The notes under the pieces are model-generated. The model was not told where the DNA came from and ran no database searches. It saw only the letters and a list, made by a program, of their open reading frames with translations. From Candidatus Micrarchaeota archaeon (GTDB taxonomy: Archaea; Micrarchaeota; Micrarchaeia; Micrarchaeales; CABMGC01), in assembly GCA_021817325.1 (NCBI GenBank), contig JAKAVK010000022.1:65077-129076 (forward strand): a DNA stretch of 64,000 nucleotides, given 5' to 3'. A program made the translations under genes and the position numbers. Positions 61,573 through 64,000 of this stretch are shown piece after piece. How positions within the stretch are numbered: position 1 is the stretch's first letter; the number at the start of each line of letters is the position of its first letter.

Positions 61573-61600
61573 GCCAGCACGTGCATAGCACGTTGCTGGC
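61573..61600. promoter_or_regulatory. Strong palindromic hairpin in the divergent DUF92/radA intergenic region
   Basis: GCCAGCACGTGC-ATA-GCACGTTGCTGGC forms 12 bp with one bulged T and a 3-nt loop. It lies about 165 nt upstream of the radA ATG. Because both flanking genes diverge, it is not a terminator. Confidence 0.5.
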
Positions 61601-61755
61601 CTCTTCCTCTATATCGTCAACCAGTGTAACCGCTAACCCGATATGGGAGATAGGCCAATAAACATTTATATGCCTTAGTAGAAATATAACTACAAGGGTA
61701 AATTGCTGGATAGCAGCCAGACAGCCAGAGCACTCCGCTCCATTCCTAGCAACTC

Positions 61756-62715
61756 GTGATAATCATGGCAAAGGAGAAAGGCATAAAGGTGATAGAGGAC
61801 CTGCCAGGAATAGGCCCTACAAGTTCTGAGAAGCTCAAGGCCGCGGGGTACGAGACACTCGACAGCATAGCCGCGGCCGCGCCCGCAGCTATAGCGGAGG
61901 TGACCGGGATGAGCCTGGAGGCTGCCAAGAAGGCTGTAGATGCCGCAAAACAGTCAACAACCCTGGAGTTCAGCACCGCGTCTGACGTATACGAGCGGAG
62001 GAAGAGCCTTGGCGCGATAAAGACCGGGGCAGCCTCACTAGACGAGATACTCGGAGGAGGCGTTGAGACAGGCGGCATTACAGAGGTATACGGCAAGTTC
62101 GCATCAGGCAAGACGCAGCTGGGCTTCCAACTCTCCGTAAACGTTCAGCTGCCGCACGACCAGGGGGGCCTTGAAGGTGCAGTCCTGTTCATAGATACTG
62201 AGGGCACGTTCAGGCCAGACAGGATAGAAGGCATAGCTAAGTCCGCCGGCCTTGACCCAAAGAAGGTGCTCGACAACATATTCGTGGTCAGGGCGACAAC
62301 AAGCGACCAGCAGGTACTGACTGCGGAGCGCGCAGACAAGCTGATCAAGGAGAACAATATCAAGCTCATAGTTGTCGATTCCCTGATGTCGGTCTTCAGG
62401 TCCGAGTATATGGGAAGGGGCGCACTCGCGGAGAGGCAGCAGAAGCTCAACGCCCACATACACAAGCTGCAGAGCCTTGCGGACACGCACCATCTTGTGG
62501 TTTACATAACCAACCAGGTGATGGACAACCCCGCGATACTCTTCGGCGACCCGACAACCCCTGTGGGGGGAAACATAGTGGCCCATGCGGCTACAACAAG
62601 GCTTTACATGCGAAAGAGCAAGGAGGAGAAGAGGATAGTAAGGCTGGTCGACTCGCCTAACATGCCTGAGGCGGAGGCGGTCATAAAGATAACCCCTATG
62701 GGAATAAAGGACTGA
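61756..62715 (+). CDS. radA: DNA repair and recombination protein RadA
   Basis: HhH N-terminus LPGIGPTSSEKLKAAGY, Walker A GKFASGKTQL, and Walker B LIVVDS. The likely start is the ATG at 61765. Confidence 0.9.
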   Translation: MIIMAKEKGIKVIEDLPGIGPTSSEKLKAAGYETLDSIAAAAPAAIAEVTGMSLEAAKKAVDAAKQSTTLEFSTASDVYERRKSLGAIKTGAASLDEILGGGVETGGITEVYGKFASGKTQLGFQLSVNVQLPHDQGGLEGAVLFIDTEGTFRPDRIEGIAKSAGLDPKKVLDNIFVVRATTSDQQVLTAERADKLIKENNIKLIVVDSLMSVFRSEYMGRGALAERQQKLNAHIHKLQSLADTHHLVVYITNQVMDNPAILFGDPTTPVGGNIVAHAATTRLYMRKSKEEKRIVRLVDSPNMPEAEAVIKITPMGIKD

Positions 62716-62719
62716 ACCA

Positions 62720-63487
62720 ATGCTTTTCTTGATAGGGCTAGGCATGGATGTCAAGGACCTTTCTGTCAGGGCCCTGGAAGCCGTAAAGAAATCGGACGCA
62801 GTCTACCTCGAGCAGTATACGACCTTTGTATCTGAGGATTATCTTTCCTATCTGCGCCGGGAAACGGGCAAGGAGATACGCCCACTGGATAGGTCCGCAG
62901 TCGAGGAGAACGCGCTGCGGACACTGGCCGGCGCAAAAGGCGGAAGCATCGCCATCCTTGTGCCTGGCGATCCTCTCATAGCAACCACGCACCATGCCAC
63001 GCTGCTCGATACCGCAACCAAGTCCGGCGTAAGCTACGTGGTATATCATGCGCCGTCGATATACACTGCAGCGATAGGCGAGAGTGGCCTTGACGTCTAC
63101 AAGTTCGGGCCGCCGGTGACACTGCCGTTCTGGTCTGAAAGGTACAAGCCCACCTCATTTCTCGATGTTATAGACAAGAACGTAAGGAATGACGAGCACA
63201 GCCTGCTCCTATTGGACATTGACCAGCCTGCCGGCAGGATGATGACCCTTGGGGATGCGGTAGAGCTGCTGCGCAAGGCGGAGAAGGATAAGGAGTATGG
63301 CATAATAGACGACAGCCTCAAGCTGCTTGTGCTTGGCGACGTGGGCAAGCCGTCAGAACTCATAAAATACGTGTCTATCGTGGAGGCTGCGGAGGTGGAA
63401 AGCCTGTTCGCTGGCAAGATCCTGACAATAATAATACCTGCAACGCCATCATTCGCAGAGGAAGAGGCGCTCTCAAAATTCGCGTGA
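62720..63487 (+). CDS. dph5: Diphthine synthase
   Basis: MLFLIGLGMDVKDLSVRALEAVKKSDAVYLEQYT, GDPLIATTH and YKFG match the tetrapyrrole-methylase-fold Dph5 pattern. Confidence 0.85.
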   Translation: MLFLIGLGMDVKDLSVRALEAVKKSDAVYLEQYTTFVSEDYLSYLRRETGKEIRPLDRSAVEENALRTLAGAKGGSIAILVPGDPLIATTHHATLLDTATKSGVSYVVYHAPSIYTAAIGESGLDVYKFGPPVTLPFWSERYKPTSFLDVIDKNVRNDEHSLLLLDIDQPAGRMMTLGDAVELLRKAEKDKEYGIIDDSLKLLVLGDVGKPSELIKYVSIVEAAEVESLFAGKILTIIIPATPSFAEEEALSKFA

Positions 63488-63489
63488 TC

Positions 63490-63924
63490 TCAGAATAAGC
63501 GGAAGCGTCTGCCTGCCGCGGCGCGATGCGCGCTATCGTATGCCACTTCCCAATTCTCAAGGCGCTTGGTTATGCGATCCAGCGTGCAGCCTTCAGGGCG
63601 TACCACGGCCCCGACCGCACGCGCATGCTCAAGGGCGGTCTCGTTATTAACCCTGGCATGCGGATTTATCCCCTCATGTATCAGATGTACCACCCCCCAA
63701 TAATCCAGTGCATCTATCGCTTTGAAGATACGGTCATCCACAGGCTCCTGCACCCGCACCACTGCGTTTATTCCAAGCCGCGCCCTGCCGTCCCTTACAA
63801 GCGCAAGGACATCATTGCATAATGCATCCTGTTCCTCTCCAACAGTCATAGACCAGTCGCAGGAAGTGAGATGATAAAAGTTATAAAACTGCCGTACGAA
63901 ACCACTGGGCACCGCACCAAGCAC
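63490..63924 (-). CDS. Hypothetical protein
   Basis: 144-aa ORF with a GTG start 3 nt after the stop of an upstream partial ORF. No motif recognised. Confidence 0.4.
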   Translation of the reverse strand: MLGAVPSGFVRQFYNFYHLTSCDWSMTVGEEQDALCNDVLALVRDGRARLGINAVVRVQEPVDDRIFKAIDALDYWGVVHLIHEGINPHARVNNETALEHARAVGAVVRPEGCTLDRITKRLENWEVAYDSAHRAAAGRRFRLF

Positions 63925-63927
63925 TGC

Positions 63928-64000
63928 TCATAAGGATATCCGCCGCTTCGCATAGGTCTGCCGTGCACGCTGGTACTCGGGCGTATTGGTCAGCTCGTGT
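63928..64000 (-). CDS. 3' end of a CDS entering from the right edge (about 24 codons visible)
   Basis: Hand translation of the minus strand gives ...HELTNTPEYQRARQTYAKRRISL, ending at the TGA (63930..63928). This is too short to identify. Confidence 0.3.
   Translation of the reverse strand, partial: HELTNTPEYQRARQTYAKRRISL

Noticed and set aside
62104-62754. 216-aa minus-strand ORF opposite radA
   Set aside because: RadA Walker motifs and the HhH domain are on the plus strand.

Overview
This window is a dense (about 90% coding) archaeal chromosomal core region. All calls come from reading the translations and hand-folding RNAs; no database search was run.

Archaeal marker genes present:
- Orc1/Cdc6, RadA, TFE-alpha, RpoP, GINS, a histone-fold protein and aIF2-alpha.
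- L37Ae/L44e, RNase P proteins Pop5/Rpp30 and prefoldin beta.
- An exosome superoperon: psmA-SBDS-rrp4-rrp41-rrp42-rpl37ae-(unknown)-rpoP.

Other content:
- DNA gyrase (gyrB-gyrA).
- A compact TCA-cycle cluster: Mqo-like oxidoreductase, aconitase, citrate synthase and isocitrate dehydrogenase.
- ADP-forming acetyl-CoA synthetase (alpha and beta), PurF, HisRS, thioredoxin, an Lhr-type helicase and an Mre11-like nuclease.
- Three tRNAs: Lys-CUU, initiator Met-CAU and Gly-CCC.

I saw no transposases, integrases, CRISPR arrays or rRNA.

The most unusual content is the cell envelope:
- An AglB/STT3 oligosaccharyltransferase runs off the left edge and is absent from the ORF track. It carries an atypical N-terminal extension of about 205 aa.
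- Two tandem paralogous Cys-containing surface glycoproteins lie at 13983..15581.
- A CARDB-like glycoprotein lies at 31181..32809.
- A 2457-aa, sequon-dense, membrane-anchored giant protein lies at 52872..60245. Its N-terminal region is a recognisable glutamic (G1/eqolisin) peptidase domain with the catalytic Gln/Glu conserved, followed by PKD-like repeats.

My inference is that the source is an acidophilic, small-genome archaeon, possibly Micrarchaeota/ARMAN-like or related to Thermoplasmata.

Smaller non-coding oddities:
- A 113-bp element bounded by perfect 14-bp inverted repeats sits between tRNA-iMet and the GINS gene.
- A strong palindromic hairpin sits upstream of radA.
- Three convergent gene pairs have stop codons that abut with zero spacer.
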